Below, piece by piece: positions 1 to 11,640 of a stretch of 43,111 bases of DNA (the stretch's first letter is position 1; every line of letters begins with the position of its first letter). The notes under the pieces are model-generated. The model saw only the letters and a list, made by a program, of their open reading frames with translations, was not told the DNA's origin and made no database searches. Source of the DNA: Octopus bimaculoides (taxonomy: Eukaryota); contig NC_069006.1 of NCBI RefSeq assembly GCF_001194135.2, positions 20,806,669-20,849,779 on the forward strand, in the 5' to 3' direction. The translations under genes and the position numbers were made by a program.

Positions 1-364
1 AGCGGACCCCAACCAATTTTTGTATCATAGACCGGTTTCACCCAAGACAATTTTTCCACAGACTCGCGTATCACGCATATAAAAAAAAAAAACATCATAA
101 AATGCATAATATATATTTCTTGTAAGATCACACAACTATGATCGATGCTAATGGGTTTGGTATACTGTTTGAAGTGTGCACCCGCCATCTTCGTTTCTTC
201 ATAACGTCAAAAAAAATGGCTGGTTTTTTGATGAAATTTTCTACAAATATTTTTGTATTAGTTTCGTATGGTGTGGATTACGGTTAGATGGGAATTTATA
301 ATGAATTTTTTTTTTACTCGTGGACTCCCATAAAGTTTCCGCGGACCCCGGTTGGGAACTCCTG
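1..364. mobile_element. hAT (Charlie/MER1-like) non-autonomous DNA transposon; left end clipped by about 1 nt at the window edge
   Basis: Left end AGCGGACCCCAACC pairs imperfectly with right end GGTTGGGAACTCCTG (350-364, rc CAGGAGTTCCCAACC). Bases 1-63 (GACCGGTTTC...AAGACAATTTTTCCACAGAC) resemble the MER1/Charlie3 terminus as I recall it. Confidence 0.7.
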
Positions 365-573
365 GTTGGATATGTTTCCGGCAACAGAAACATGTTCTCT
401 CGGAGAGTTCTATTGCAAACCTACATAACGGGATGGGTGAAAACATAATAGGAATTTTGAAAATGGTGTCAATAAAACTAGTTTTTAAATATCGAATGCT
501 TATGGGTGTCCAACAGAGTAAGATAGTTACCAAAGGGATCCATAGATTAAAAAAAAATTATTGAGAACCTCTG
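365..573. mobile_element. Remnant of a second hAT/Charlie-type MITE (right end only)
   Basis: Ends GGGATCCATAGATT(A)nTTATTGAGAACCTCTG (rc CAGAGGTTCTCAA, Charlie-type TIR), followed by CTCTGTAG. The end resembles that of the 27613-27853 element (GGGGTCCATAAG...GAGAACCACT). Confidence 0.5.
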
Positions 574-598
574 CTCTGTAGTATTTATCCTAATATAT

Positions 599-720
599 AC
601 ACTCACAAGGCTTTGGTCGACCCGAGGTTATAGTAGAAGACACTTGTCCAAGGTACCATATAGTGGGACTGAACCCGGAACCATGTGGTTGGTAAGCAAG
701 CAACTTACCACACCTTGCCA
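599..720 (-). mobile_element. SINE family C, 5' half only (tRNA-like head plus CORE-like segment)
   Basis: Matches 6704-6821. B-box-like GGGTTCAGTCCC and GGTACCTTGGACAAGTGTCTT on the minus strand. Confidence 0.8.
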
Positions 721-1219
721 CTCATTGCATCTATACGGGATGGTGGCCACAACCATTTGGAACGCTTATCGTACACCACACGTTTGCAACAACCAGCATT
801 TCCAATAAACATACTTGGCAAAAACACACACACACACACACTGTTTCTCACATTTACACACATATACATACATATACACACATCTATAATATGTATACGT
901 GGGGCGGGGCAGGTGAGAAAGAGTGATAGTGTGAGAGGGAAGGGGAGAGAGAGAGAGAGAGAGAGAGGATAGATGTGCCGAAAAAGTGAGTGTATATTTG
1001 ATAGGGAAACACAATGTTTATATGTAAAACAGATATTTTGGAGTGTGGGAAAATGCTTTACGTACGTACGTATGCATGCAAGTATGTATGCTGTATATAC
1101 GTACGTATGTATGTAGTTTTCATCTTTTACTGGTTTCAATCATTGGATGACGACCATGCCGGGGGGGGGGGCACTGGTTTGAAGGATTTTAGTCGGACGT
1201 GTGTATGAAAGATGCGTGC

Positions 1220-1251
<32 letters not shown>

Positions 1252-1303
1252 NNNNNNNNNNNNNNNNNNNNNNNNNNNNNNCGTGTGTATGAAAGATGCG
1301 TGC

Positions 1304-1356
<53 letters not shown>

Positions 1357-1357
1357 A

Positions 1358-1673
1358 CATAGCCTGCCCAAGGCTTTGCGAGTGGATTTGGTAGATGGAA
1401 ACTGAAAGAAGCCCGTCGTATATATATCCATATCTATATATCTATAGATATTTGTGTGTTTGTGCCTGCGTTTGTCCCCATATCACCATGGCTTGATACC
1501 GATGTCGGTGTGTTTACGTCCCCGTAAGTTAGCGGTTCGGCAAAAAAAAAACCGATAGAATAAGTACTAGGGTATTCCAAAGATAAGTCCCGGGGTTGAT
1601 TTGTTCACCTAAAACCCCCTCAAGGTGGTGCTCCAGCATGGCCACGGTCAAATAGCTAAAAATAGCCAAGTAA
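1358..1673 (+). mobile_element. SINE family C, 5'-truncated
   Basis: GTGGATTTGGTAGATGGAAACTGAAAGAAGCCCGTCG, an internal microsatellite, then GTTTACGTCCCCGTAAGTTAGCGGTTCGGC...GGTGCTCCAGCATGGCC. Colinear with 28643-29038. Confidence 0.85.
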
Positions 1674-1690
1674 CACACACACACACACAC

Positions 1691-1723
<33 letters not shown>

Positions 1724-2095
1724 GCACACACCCTCTGTCTCATGGTATTTGACATACGTGTGTTATATTATACGCAACACACACGTGTTTATACATACGG
1801 CCAGTGTAGGCTGGTTTAATACTACATTCTGTATACATTGTATATATACAACATATACCATTACAGTACATTAAAAATGGGAGTGTGGAGAAAGAGAGAG
1901 AGAGAGAAGAGAAGGAGAAACAGACGTAAAAAAGTTCGTTTTCTATGTTTTTGTTTTTATGTTTTCGTTTCTCATTGTGTTTAAGGTTTTTTTTTGATGT
2001 CCTGTACGCATATATGCATGTATGTTTACATATATATATATGTAGGTACGTACATATACGTATGGATATATGCATATATTTATATATTATTTATG

Positions 2096-2136
<41 letters not shown>

Positions 2137-3225
2137 CAATGTTAATTCTCTACACACAAACTTTTGATGTACTCTATAAGAAGCTGTTATTAAATGTTTC
2201 CGTGTGGGTGTATGTCTCTCTCTCTATATATATATATACATACATATATACACGCACATGTATATAATTTGACTAAAATACGTACACATAGACACACACA
2301 TACATCTAGATGAGTATACATAAATACATACATATACACACGCACACACGTTCATATCTAAACGCAAACACTATGTATGTTGCACAGAGATTGAAACGTA
2401 TACAAACATAAATGTACAAAGATTTATTTGAAGGAGTAAAACACACACACCTACGTACATGTATTTGCACACAAGCACATTGACATATACATGTTCACAA
2501 AGACAAACAAGCACACAAGCATATGTGCGCGCACGGCACACACACACACATATACACTCACACCTTCACTCACACTCATTTACGCTTGCGCGCTCACCTT
2601 GACACAGTCCGTGGTTACGCTTGTAAATGCGATTGAGGAAATGGGGTTAGTTTTGAATGGACAAGCGGGGTATAAAGATATAAAGAGATAGAAAGAAGAG
2701 GAGGGAGACAGAAAGGGAGAGATTACAGAACGAGATAAGGGGCAACATGAGTGAGAGGATAAAAAAAGAAGGCGGTAGATTCCGCGTTTGTGTATATATT
2801 TTCTTGTGATTTCGTTGGTGAATGCATGTGAGGCGGTTGGTTAGGTGTCGAGAAAAGATCACATTTCTAAGATAGTGGAAAATTTGCTAAGGTGTGTTTA
2901 AAAAGAGAGCTAACAACGGTGGAAGCAGCGATGTTGTATCACCCACCAGTGGGATAAATCAGATATCAGATAGGAGAGAGAAAAAATACATCGGGGATCA
3001 GCTGTGTGTATAAATACGAAGGTACAGATTTATAACAATATATATATATACACAGGTATGTAAAAGTGTGTGTGTGTATACTTTCAGGAAAGCTGCAAAA
3101 TGGTCACAAGACTTTCACGTCGGACAGGTGTGTATGTGTGACAGACATCATCAGAATAAAAGCATATTACTCTACCTTTGGTATTCGAGCACTATTTTTC
3201 CACCTTGCTTGCACTTATGTGCTCA

Positions 3226-3281
<56 letters not shown>

Positions 3282-3867
3282 TATGTGACAATTATNNNNN
3301 NNNNNNNNNNNNNNNNNNNNNNNNNNNNNNNNNNNNNNNNNNNNNNNNNNNNNNNNNNNNNNNNNNNNNNNNNNNNNNNNNNNNNNNNNNNNNNNNNNNN
3401 NNNNNNNNNNNNNNNNNNNNNNNNNNNNNNNNNNNNNNNNNNNNNNNNNNNNNNNNNNNNNNNNNNNNNNNNNNNNNNNNNNNNNNNNNNNNNNNNNNNN
3501 NNNNNNNNNNNNNNNNNNNNNNNNNNNNNNNNNNNNNNNNNNNNNNNNNNNNNNNNNNNNNNNNNNNNNNNNNNNNNNNNNNNNNNNNNNNNNNNNNNNN
3601 NNNNNNNNNNNNNNNNNAATGAAAGGGAGTTGAAAGTCACAGCTTTGAAATCAGAGCGAGACGACTCCAGATTTATTGAAGTCTCCTTTCCATCTCATCA
3701 ACGAAATATCTTCTGACTTTTAATGTCAGATCTTAGAATGACAAGAGAATTATATAGGATTATAGTGAATGAACTCTGAGTGGAGTGAGTGCTAACTTAT
3801 AAAGAATGACTTGCGGGAAAAAAATATATCTAAAGATGCTTGCTCTATGAAACATGAACAACAAGGT

Positions 3868-4069
3868 GGCTGGCGAGCTGGTAGAATGGTTAGCGGCATT
3901 TTGGCTTTGCGTTGAGTTCAAAATGTCGTCGAGATCGATTTTCGCTTTTCATCCTAATGGTGTTGATAAAATAGGTACTTGTTAAGCACAAGGGTCAATG
4001 TAATCAACTGGGCCCCTCCCACAAAGTTTCAGGGCTTTGTACGTATTGTAGAAACGTTATTATTATTTT
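3868..4069 (+). mobile_element. SINE family A (type-1 tail), diverged; copy 1 of a head-to-tail array
   Basis: A-box-like GCTGGTAGAATGG, B-box-like GAGTTCAAAAT, central TTTCATCC...GATAAAATAGGTAC, (TTA)n tail. Confidence 0.75.
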
Positions 4070-4070
4070 A

Positions 4071-4290
4071 AAGGCTGCAAGGTGACAGAAACGTTAGCAC
4101 GCCGGGCGAAATGCTTAGCGGTATTTCGTCTGCCGTTACGTTCTGAGTTCAAATTCCGCCGAGGTCGACTTTGCCTTTCATCCATTCGGGGTCGATAAAT
4201 TAAGTACCAGTTACGCACTGACGTCGTTACGCACTGTCTGTCCTTGTTTGTCCCTTCTATGTTTAGCCCCTTGTGGGCAATAAAGAAATA
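4071..4290 (+). mobile_element. SINE family A with type-2 tail; array copy 2
   Basis: AGAAACGTTAGCACGCCGGGCGAAATGCTTAGCGGTATTTCGTC...GAGTTCAAATTCC...GTCGACTTTGCCTTTCATCC, with tail TGTCCTTGTTTGTCCC...GCCCCTTGTGGGCAATAAAGAAATA. Confidence 0.85.
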
Positions 4291-4526
4291 AGAAACGTTA
4301 GCATGCCGGACAAAGACATTTCTTCTGGCTTTACGCCGAATAAAATGTTCCGCGGCATTTCATCCTTCTTAACTTTCTGAGTTCAAATATCCGCCGAGGT
4401 AGACTTTGCCGTTCATCCTTTCGGGGTCCATAAAATAAGTACCAGTTGAATACTGGGGTCGAAGTAATCGACTCATCCCCTTCCCTAAAATTGCTGCCCT
4501 TGTGGCAAGATTTGAAACCATTATTT
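4291..4526 (+). mobile_element. SINE family A (type-1 tail), missing its first ~14 nt; array copy 3
   Basis: Begins directly after the type-2 tail at AGAAACGTTAGC. Carries an ~30-bp internal duplication between the A and B boxes that is shared with copy 4. Confidence 0.8.
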
Positions 4527-4528
4527 TA

Positions 4529-4780
4529 AAGGCTGTGAGCTGACACAATCGCTAGCATGCCGGACAAAGGCTTTTCTTCCGGTTTTACGCCGGACAAAAT
4601 GTCTCGCGGCATTTCATCCGTCTTTAGGTGTGACTTCGAATTCCGTTGAGATTGACTTTACCTTTCGTTCTTTTGGGTATCGATAAAAATAAGTATGAGT
4701 TAATTACTGAGGTCGCTGTTATCGACTAGACTCCTTCTCCAATATTTCTGGTCTTGTTCATGTAGTAGGAGTGATTATTT
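4529..4780 (+). mobile_element. SINE family A; array copy 4
   Basis: Colinear with copy 3, including GCCGGACAAAG...TTCTTCCGGTTTTACGCCGGACAAAATG. Ends GATTATTT. Confidence 0.75.
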
Positions 4781-4783
4781 TAA

Positions 4784-4970
4784 TGGCGGTAAGCTGGCAG
4801 AATCGTTAACATGCCAAACAAAATGCTTTAGCGGCATTTTGTTCTAGCTTTACGTTCCATGTTCAAAATCCGTTGAGATCTACTTTGGATATAAAAGTAC
4901 CAGTTGCACATTGGGTCAATGTAATGAACTAGCTTCTTTCCACAAAATTTCATGCCCTGCGGCTGAAATT
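4784..4970 (+). mobile_element. SINE family A, internally deleted; array copy 5
   Basis: GGCGGTAAGCTGGCAGAATCGTTAAC head, AAAAGTACCAGTTG, GGGTCAATGTAATGAACT, AAAATTTCATGCC. Confidence 0.7.
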
Positions 4971-5679
4971 CAAAATAAAATGTACTGAGCGAAGAATTTT
5001 TAATTAATTAATGCTGCATTCTTAATGAAGGGGGGAAAAATCACCATCTTAAATTTATAGTTTTTATTACAGACGTTAGTAAATTAAAACAATCTTTTTT
5101 TTTTTTTTTTCAGCTTTCTATTTCTTCAAAAACGCCCAACTGTAATATGAAAGGATATGAATCAACAAAATCTGCCAAGGCGCTGGATTAAATTTTTATG
5201 ATTTCTTCGAAAAATGTTTTACTGATACGTCTGCAGAAAGTAGCGTCACGCAGTGTATGTATACTTGTGTGAGTGTGAGTGTGCGAGTGCGAGAGAGAGA
5301 GAAAGAGGACGCATAGGGAACGCTAACTATATCACAATGAATTAAAAATCAATTTTCAGTAGTTGGAATCGTCACTATACAAAATTTTTTAAAGACACAT
5401 TTTGATATATATATATATATATATAAAATACAATTGCAATGTTGAAGAATTTTCTAGACAGTGTAGGCTTTAATAATACCTTTCAGTGTAAGTTACATTT
5501 TATAAGTCATAAAATAAGCAGTATTCTTTATTATAGTTTAAATACTTAAACTATACAAGAAAGGCAAGAGACAGATACATCTTTCAGAACCCCCTTAGAT
5601 CCGATGTAACCCGGATTTGTGCCATGCCATAGGATAACGCTTCTGACTTTTTTGTTAATACTGAGACAAATATATTATA

Positions 5680-5779
5680 ATCGACTTTGCCTTTCGTCCC
5701 TTCTGGATCGATGAAATAAAAACCAGTTGTGAACTGGGGTCGATGTAATTGACTATCCCCTCCCCTCAAATTTCAGGCC
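5680..5779 (+). mobile_element. SINE family A, 5'-truncated
   Basis: TCGACTTTGCCTTTCGTCCC...CCAGTTGTGAACTGGGGTCGATGTAATTGACTATCCCCTCCCCTCAAATTTCAGGCC. Confidence 0.8.
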
Positions 5780-6454
5780 AGTACCAGTACTAAATTGTAA
5801 GTCTGTGTGTGTGTATGCACACGTGACTACTTATTGCAGGAAAACTAAAAAAAGACGGAATCTTAGGGAAAGCTTCACAAACTCTGGTGTGTATGTTTAA
5901 CAAATCTGTATATTTATGTACGTACGGTACCTCCCCTGGGGTACCACGAACATAAATACGCCGGTCGAGTCTCACATATGTTAATATAGTGAGCCGAAAA
6001 AAAAATTTAGATTAACTGAGATTATCATTGCAATTAGAAGATAAGAACTCCTTCACGGAGTCTTTAAAAATCTAAAAATAGCAAATGAATGTGAGGCTAC
6101 CAATAATACTATCTAATCTCCAGATAAGACCTTCTCCTAAATGCATCGTCATCTGATTATTTTCTGAAGATTGTGACGAGTTATTAGCATTCTAAGCAAC
6201 CCTCAAAGGATATTTTTTCCTCCGTCATAAATACACACATATACACACATATATATATGTGCATATATACATACATACATATATATGCATATGTACATAA
6301 ACACACTCACACACACACACATATGTACATATGTTTATATACATACATATATGAACTTATGTATATAAGAATATATACAATATGTACCTACACATATGTA
6401 TCTATACATATATGTATGTATATACACACACACACACATATATATTCTTATATT

Positions 6455-6821
6455 TTTTTCTTTATTTGTCATTTGACTGCGGCCATGCTGGAGCACCGCT
6501 TTTAGTCGAGCAAATCCACCTCCGGATTTATTCTTCATAAGCCTCATTCTTGCTTTGCCGAACCGCTAAGTTACGGGGACGTAAACACACCAACGTCGGA
6601 TGTCAAGCGATAGTGGTGGGGACAAACACAGACACATACAGACACACACAAAGATATATATATATATACGACGAGCTTCTTTCAGTTTCCGTCTACCAGA
6701 TCCACTCACAAGGCTTTGGTCGGCCAGAGGTTATAGTAGAAGATACTTGCCTAAGATGGTACGCAGTGGGACTGAACCCGGAACCATATGGTTGGGAAGC
6801 AAGCTTCTTGCCACACAACCG
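6455..6821 (-). mobile_element. SINE family C, full length
   Basis: Minus strand: AAGCTTGCTTCCCAACCATATGGTTCCGGGTTCAGTCCCACTGCG head, a CORE-like segment, a microsatellite spacer, then the tail ending GGTGCTCCAGCATGGCCGCAGTCAAATGAC. Confidence 0.9.
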
Positions 6822-8254
6822 CTAATTACCTCTGATCCATTGACATGTATGTTATGACAAAAAGCCTTCTTATCATGACCATCCCTTCACATTTTTCTTT
6901 TCAGGCACAGGGCCCCTTGGCTATCATCAGGATCCACTAATATTCAATGATTTCCCGATTATAAGTGTATGGGTGTGATATGATAAAGAGATTAAGCTGT
7001 TGTTTCTAGCAGGCATGTTAAACTGCTTTGAGGTTCCCTCGTTGCTGCCTGGAAATGCGCGCGCGAATGTGTGCGTGCGTGCGTGCGNNNNNNNNNNNNN
7101 NNNNNNNNNNNNNNNNNNNNNNNNNNNNNNNNNNNNNNNNNNNNNNNNNNNNNNNNNNNNNNNNNNNNNNNNNNNNNNNNNNNNNNNNNNNNNNNNNNNN
7201 NNNNNNNNNNNNNNNNNNNNNNNNNNNNNNNNNNNNNNNNNNNNNNNNNNNNNNNNNNNNNNNNNNNNNNNNNNNNNNNNNNNNNNNNNNNNNNNNNNNN
7301 NNNNNNNNNNNNNNNNNNNNNNNNNNNNNNNNNNNNNNNNNNNNNNNNNNNNNNNNNNNNNNNNNNNNNNNNNNNNNNNNNNNNNNNNNNNNNNNNNNNN
7401 NNNNNNNNNNNNNNNNNNNNNNNNNNNNNNNNNNNNNNNNNNNNNNNNNNNNNNNNNNNNNNNNNNNNNNNNNNNNNNNNNNNNNNNNNNNNNNNNNNNN
7501 NNNNNNNNNNNNNNNNNNNNNNNNNNNNNNNNNNNNNNNNNNNNNNNNNNNNNNNNNNNNNNNNNNNNNNNNNNNNNNNNNNNNNNNNNNNNNNNNNNNN
7601 NNNNNNNNNNNNNNNNNNNNNNNNNNNNNNNNNNNNNNNNNNNNNNNNNNNNNNNNNNNNNNNNNNNNNNNNNNNNNNNNNNNNNNNNNNNNNNNNNNNN
7701 NNNNNNNNNNNNNNNNNNNNNNNNNNNNNNNNNNNNNNNNNNNNNNNNNNNNNNNNNNNNNNNNAGAGAGAAAGATAGAGAGAAAACGAAAGAGAGAACA
7801 TGAGCCTGTATGAATGTATCTGCTTTTTAACAATATTTGCTACTTTCCTGGGACCAAAGGTTTCCCTGCAAACAGGGATTGGCATTTATCAACCAAAATT
7901 CAAAATATGAGAGTACGGACCCTCGTTAGCCTTAAAAGCGGAGTGTTATTCGTACTATAAATTCTGGTTGGGAAAAATGCTCTTATCTGTCTGCAGGAAA
8001 CCTTAGGTACCAGAAACATAGTAAAAATTCCATTTTTAAAAAAATGGATTGTTTATTATGCTTTCCACTGTTGGATATTTAGTTTTCTAGTTTTGTTAGT
8101 ATAAATATAGCCTTCTTAAGGCCTCTGAACCTATTCTGTAACATATCATCATACGACACGAAAGAAATAAAGCAGCTTTGGTTCAACATTTTCAGCTTGA
8201 GTGACAATGCTCTTGGCGATCCTCTAAGGCCTTTCGATAGTTTGTGTATGTTCT

Positions 8255-8470
8255 GCTCAATACCACAGATTTGCTTGTCAGTTGCTTGACCTTAACCAGT
8301 TGAGCACGTCCCTTAGTGGCCGACGATATGTGCATCTCTGATCATGAGCAGAAGTAATGGGGGGAGCAACATAGCCATGTGTTGAGAGGAATTCTTTGTG
8401 GTCTGAAAAAACTCAACTCTGGAAACAAAGGCATTTCGTTCATCATCCTTAAACAACCCTCATTCAGAGA
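8255..8470. repeat. Probable interspersed repeat of unknown class
   Basis: High-complexity, GC-richer island (CCACAGATTTGCTTGTCAGTTG...GTGCATCTCTGATCATGAGCAGAAG...) that I recall as a common octopus repeat. Only one copy is in the window, so it cannot be confirmed here. Confidence 0.3.
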
Positions 8471-8727
8471 TGGGATACACGACCTGAAAAAAATCCTACC
8501 CGGGTCCCACCTTCATGATCATGAGCTGTTTATCTTGATATGAGATCACCATGTCAGGCACATTTGGTTGTGATGCATGTGCTTGGTGTACCCTTGTCAG
8601 ACGGGTAGTCATAATGGGTATCTCAAACTTCATATATTTGTACCCCAGCCTCACTTTCATGGCATGCACTGCTATCGCACTACTACTACTATTACTACTA
8701 CTACTAGTAGTAGTAGTAGTAGTAGTG

Positions 8728-8943
8728 ATCCTTTCTACTATAGGCACAGGGCCTATAGTGGGTGGGGGTGGGGCTAGTCAATTACTTGGACCCCAGTACT
8801 CAACTGGTACTTATTTTACCAACTCCGCAAAGATGAAAGGCAAAGTTGAGCTTGGCAGAATTTGAAATCGAAACATAAGGAGTCGGAAGAAGAGCTGCGA
8901 AGTATTTGGTCCGGCATGCTAAAGAATCTGCTAGATCACTGCC
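8728..8943 (-). mobile_element. SINE family A (type-1 tail), near full length
   Basis: Reverse complement of the 37856-38093 copy: CCTTTCTACTATAGGCACAGGGCC...CCCCAGTACTCAACTGGTACTTATTTT...GATGAAAGGCAAAG...TCCGGCATGCTAA. Confidence 0.8.
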
Positions 8944-9700
8944 TTTTGCTGGCTGACAAAGAAAAAACAATGGGAAAAACACAACAATGGAATCTGCACA
9001 ATGCACATCACAACACTTAACAAAAGCGACAACACACTACAACTGACTCACAACACTGCAGTAGACACGTAACAAGCCACAAAGAACACAACAATGGAAT
9101 CGAATCAAACCTGTACAACAGACACACAACACAATACTACATCACACACACACACACACACACACGTGACAGCTCACACGTGCAGAATGACAACAAAGCA
9201 ACGATATTTTACATTTGATGAGAAAAGGCAGCATCTTGCATGTATAAAAGTCTACAACGAATGCATGCACATGCAAGCGCGCGAGCGCGAACATGCATGC
9301 CTGCATGTGGTTACATCTCTCTCTCTTCGAATACACATCTATCTCTTTTGCGTACATACACACGTGCGTGTGTGGGGTTTAAGTACGTATGCATGTTCAT
9401 ACGTAATATGTGACTATATGCATATATATATATATATGCATGTATATCCACGTATATATATGTAATATATATACATATATATGCCCTACACACGCGCATG
9501 CACACACAGACACATAGATAGATATATTGATATATACATGCATATATAATAAATATATACATACATATAATATATATATACATTTATATATAATCTATAT
9601 ACATATATAATATACATAATATATACATACTTATAAAATATATATAATACATATATAATATATATACATATAATATATACATAAATATATATATCTATAT

Positions 9701-9780
<80 letters not shown>

Positions 9781-9898
9781 GTATATAATATACACACACA
9801 CATATATATATAAACATATATATACATATATATATATGCCCTACAAGCGTGCACACAGATAGGTATATTGATATATACATAATCTATGAGTGTGTGTG

Positions 9899-9947
<49 letters not shown>

Positions 9948-10569
9948 NNNNNNNNNNTATATACATACATATGTATATACAAAAGACATATACAGACAGA
10001 CACGCATAAATATCGTCGATTACACATCCACACCCACATACACTTTTCCATCGATAAGTAACATGCAAGTTCTCTCAGTCACCTGAACACACGCCAGTAC
10101 ACCCCAGTCTTAAGTAATCTCAAAACAGTTAATTAATTAATGAATCAACGTAGCTATTATTTATTTTATGAACATGAAATACACCACCAACGAATAACTG
10201 GTATCTGGTTACAGAGCGAAAAGAAAACAAAAAGTATACAGCGATCTTTAGAGACAGATGCGATTCAAAACGAACGTAATTTAGAAACTCGCAGAAATAA
10301 TATAGCACGCACGCATGCGCACAGGAGAGTAGACACTGATTAGTGAGGTTCTCACTCACTCACTCGCTCGCTCACTCACTCAAGGTCACTCATTTCATTC
10401 ATACTCACTCATTCGTTCACTGTCACTCGTTGGTACACATTCATTCATTATGAAACAGTCACATATACGGCGAGTATAACCGACACGTGTATACAACACG
10501 CACACACAGACGCAAGTATACATACATACATGTGCATATATATATATATATATATATATNNNNNNNNNN

Positions 10570-10611
<42 letters not shown>

Positions 10612-10924
10612 AATAAGGTATTATAACGATAAATTAATATATTAGGATATAGCAAATACATTATAATATAGGTGACTGTAGCAATTTAAAAACCAAAAAG
10701 GTATGATATGTAAAGATGCAAATAGCACCAGCACTTGCTAGAAATAGGAGCTGAAAAAATATAACTTGAAGACACACATACACACAATGACAAAGGAATA
10801 GGGATTTTAAAATCCAGGGGGATATCTTACAAGTACTCTTTTCGAAATCCAAATATGACTAACCATATCGAATTAGAAAATTTTAATGAAAGATGTATAG
10901 CTGTCTATTCTTTATTACGTCCAC

Positions 10925-10960
<36 letters not shown>

Positions 10961-10964
10961 CATG

Positions 10965-11067
10965 CATGCAATCCCTCGACTATTGCGGGTGCTGCGTTCC
11001 AAAACCTTCCGCGAAAAGTGAAAATCCGCGAAGTAGAAACAGTACTGTACAGCATATATTATTATTA

Positions 11068-11098
<31 letters not shown>

Positions 11099-11237
11099 CA
11101 TCATTATTATTATTTTTATAATTCATTTATATTCATTTTATTATAAATGCAAGAACAAGCACCACGGAGGAGGAATTGACGTAAGCTTAAATAATTAAAC
11201 CGCGATATATGAACCACGATATGGCAAGGGATTATTG
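10965..11237. mobile_element. Tigger/pogo (Tc1-mariner superfamily)-type MITE, decayed
   Basis: Imperfect TIRs CATGCAATCCCTCGACTATTGCGG (10965) and CCACGATATGGCAAGGGATTATTG (ends 11237, rc CAATAATCCCTTGCCATATCGTGG). Subterminal CCGCGA repeats and GTGAAAATCCGCGAAG are typical of Tigger-like ends. Internal (TAT)n; TA TSD not intact. Confidence 0.6.
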
Positions 11238-11397
11238 TGTATGTGTGTGTATGTATACATATATTTGGGGAAAGGCATTTCTTGGCGGTATATCAGGTCG
11301 AAGTCAGTTCGATAAAATTTACAAGCTGAGATAGGTGTTATAACAATAACCGCTTGAAAATGTCATCTGTGATTACACGAGGTGGCTTCCATTGCTT

Positions 11398-11451
<54 letters not shown>

Positions 11452-11600
11452 AGGGGAAAGAGAGACACATATATGTACACATGTATACGCACACACAAAA
11501 TTGTATAATATATACACATATACCTTCATTGGTAGACTTACATACACGCATCTTAAACGTGACACACACAGATAAATATACACACACACACACACACTTC

Positions 11601-11640
<40 letters not shown>

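Noticed and set aside
1196-1352. Identical ~50-bp sequence on both sides of the 30-N gap
   Set aside because: Most likely unmerged contig overlap or alleles differing in (GT)n length.
6892-6980. Strong plus-strand acceptor TTTTTCTTTTCAG at 6904
   Set aside because: All three frames close within 25 codons and there is no good donor or partner exon.
9478-9885. ATATGCCCTACA...TATTGATATATACAT occurring twice, about 355 bp apart
   Set aside because: A small local duplication within an (AT)n field with no functional signal.
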